Part shown: positions 63,183-64,000 of the stretch, piece by piece
Numbering within the stretch: the first letter of the stretch is position 1
Layout of the letters: each line of letters opens with the position of its first letter
Origin: the human T2T-CHM13v2.0 reference genome, Homo sapiens
Strand: one strand, 5' to 3'
Assembly (NCBI RefSeq): GCF_009914755.1
Contig: NC_060927.1
DNA length: 64,000 nucleotides
Position numbers and translations under genes: made by a program
The notes under the pieces: generated by a model
Told to the model about the DNA's origin: nothing
Databases searched by the model: none
What the model saw: the letters and a program-made list of their open reading frames with translations, nothing else

Positions 63183-63787
63183 ACATTATTGATGTTGTTC
63201 TTATTTCCCACATAATATAGTATTAAAAGTTTTATTTATACAGTGCTATATGTGAAACTTTTTAGAGCAGGTTACTAACTAATATTTCTCCGGTTTTTCA
63301 AAACCGGGGCTTACCATAGCATGAACGGTGTCATACTGTTCAGTTTGTGTGAGTTGAGGATGCCTATGGCCACTCGATGTTCAGGTTATACCCAAGCAAT
63401 GTGAAAAAGTTTTTCAAGGAATAAATGTATGTATTCCAAGGTTGTGTTTTAAAACAGAAATGGATGAGCCATAGGAAGTGGTCATGTGTTTCTGAAGCCA
63501 GTCTATTTTCCTAGCATCAGGACATGATTTTAGTCCAGAGGCTCCTTGCAATCCAATTGGTTTCCCGAATTTGCAAGTAATTTGTACTTTCTGTTGTGCA
63601 ACAAAGCTTTGTGATTAAGACAGTACTACTCTGTTCTTGAGACTTACAGCCTTCTCCTACCACCTAGAACAGATAATAGAAAGTAACTTTACTCATAGGG
63701 AGCATTTTTATAATTAAAATTTATAGTTCCTAAATCCAGAGTCTGTCAATCATGCCATCTCTCACCTCATCAATAAACTAATACGAA

Positions 63788-63872
63788 GTTTTAGCTGGAA
63801 GGGAATTTGGAGATTAATGTCTTCATTTCACAGATGAAGAAACTGATGCACAGAGAGGTGAGGAGACTTCAA
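63788..63872 (-). mobile_element. MIR/MIR3 relic
   Basis: GCTGGAAGGGA...CATTTCACAGATGAAGAAACTGATGCACAGAGAGGT. Confidence 0.75.
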
Positions 63873-64000
63873 AGACAAACTGAAAAAATCTGGTATACAG
63901 GATGCTAATGGAATATAAAGACGTTCTACCTGGGGTAAGAAGTTCGCATTACTCTATTTTTGAAGGTTTGCTCCCACTGTAGTGTTTCCTATATGTCCCT

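Overview
Primate, most likely human or great-ape, nuclear DNA: AT-rich, CpG-depleted, with no CpG island. Alu S/Y, L1PA, THE1, MIR, L2, MLT1 and hAT MER elements identify it. The window looks intronic or intergenic. I recognise no host protein-coding exon. The ORF-track entries with recognisable homology are broken LINE-1 ORF1/ORF2 fragments (45.2-54.7 kb) or Alu read-throughs, and the rest look like chance ORFs. The main structure is a ~10.2 kb nested LINE-1 on the minus strand: a 5'-complete L1PA8-11-like element inserted into the 3' UTR of an older L1PA13-16-like element. The inner copy lacks its poly(A) tail, has lost ~0.7 kb of ORF2 and keeps an ORF0-like antisense frame. Also present are seven Alus (one close inverted pair), a THE1 solo LTR inside a MIR, several DNA-transposon fossils and many MIR/L2 relics. 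The unique sequence holds a few well-formed but unverified exon-like units (2.7, 6.3, 19.5-19.9, 24.7 and 35.6 kb) and candidate regulatory segments (60.0-60.5 and 61.8-62.5 kb). I find no convincing evidence of a new biological system, so findings are modest hypotheses. Subfamily calls and boundaries of old repeats are by eye and approximate; RepeatMasker/Dfam and BLAT would settle them.
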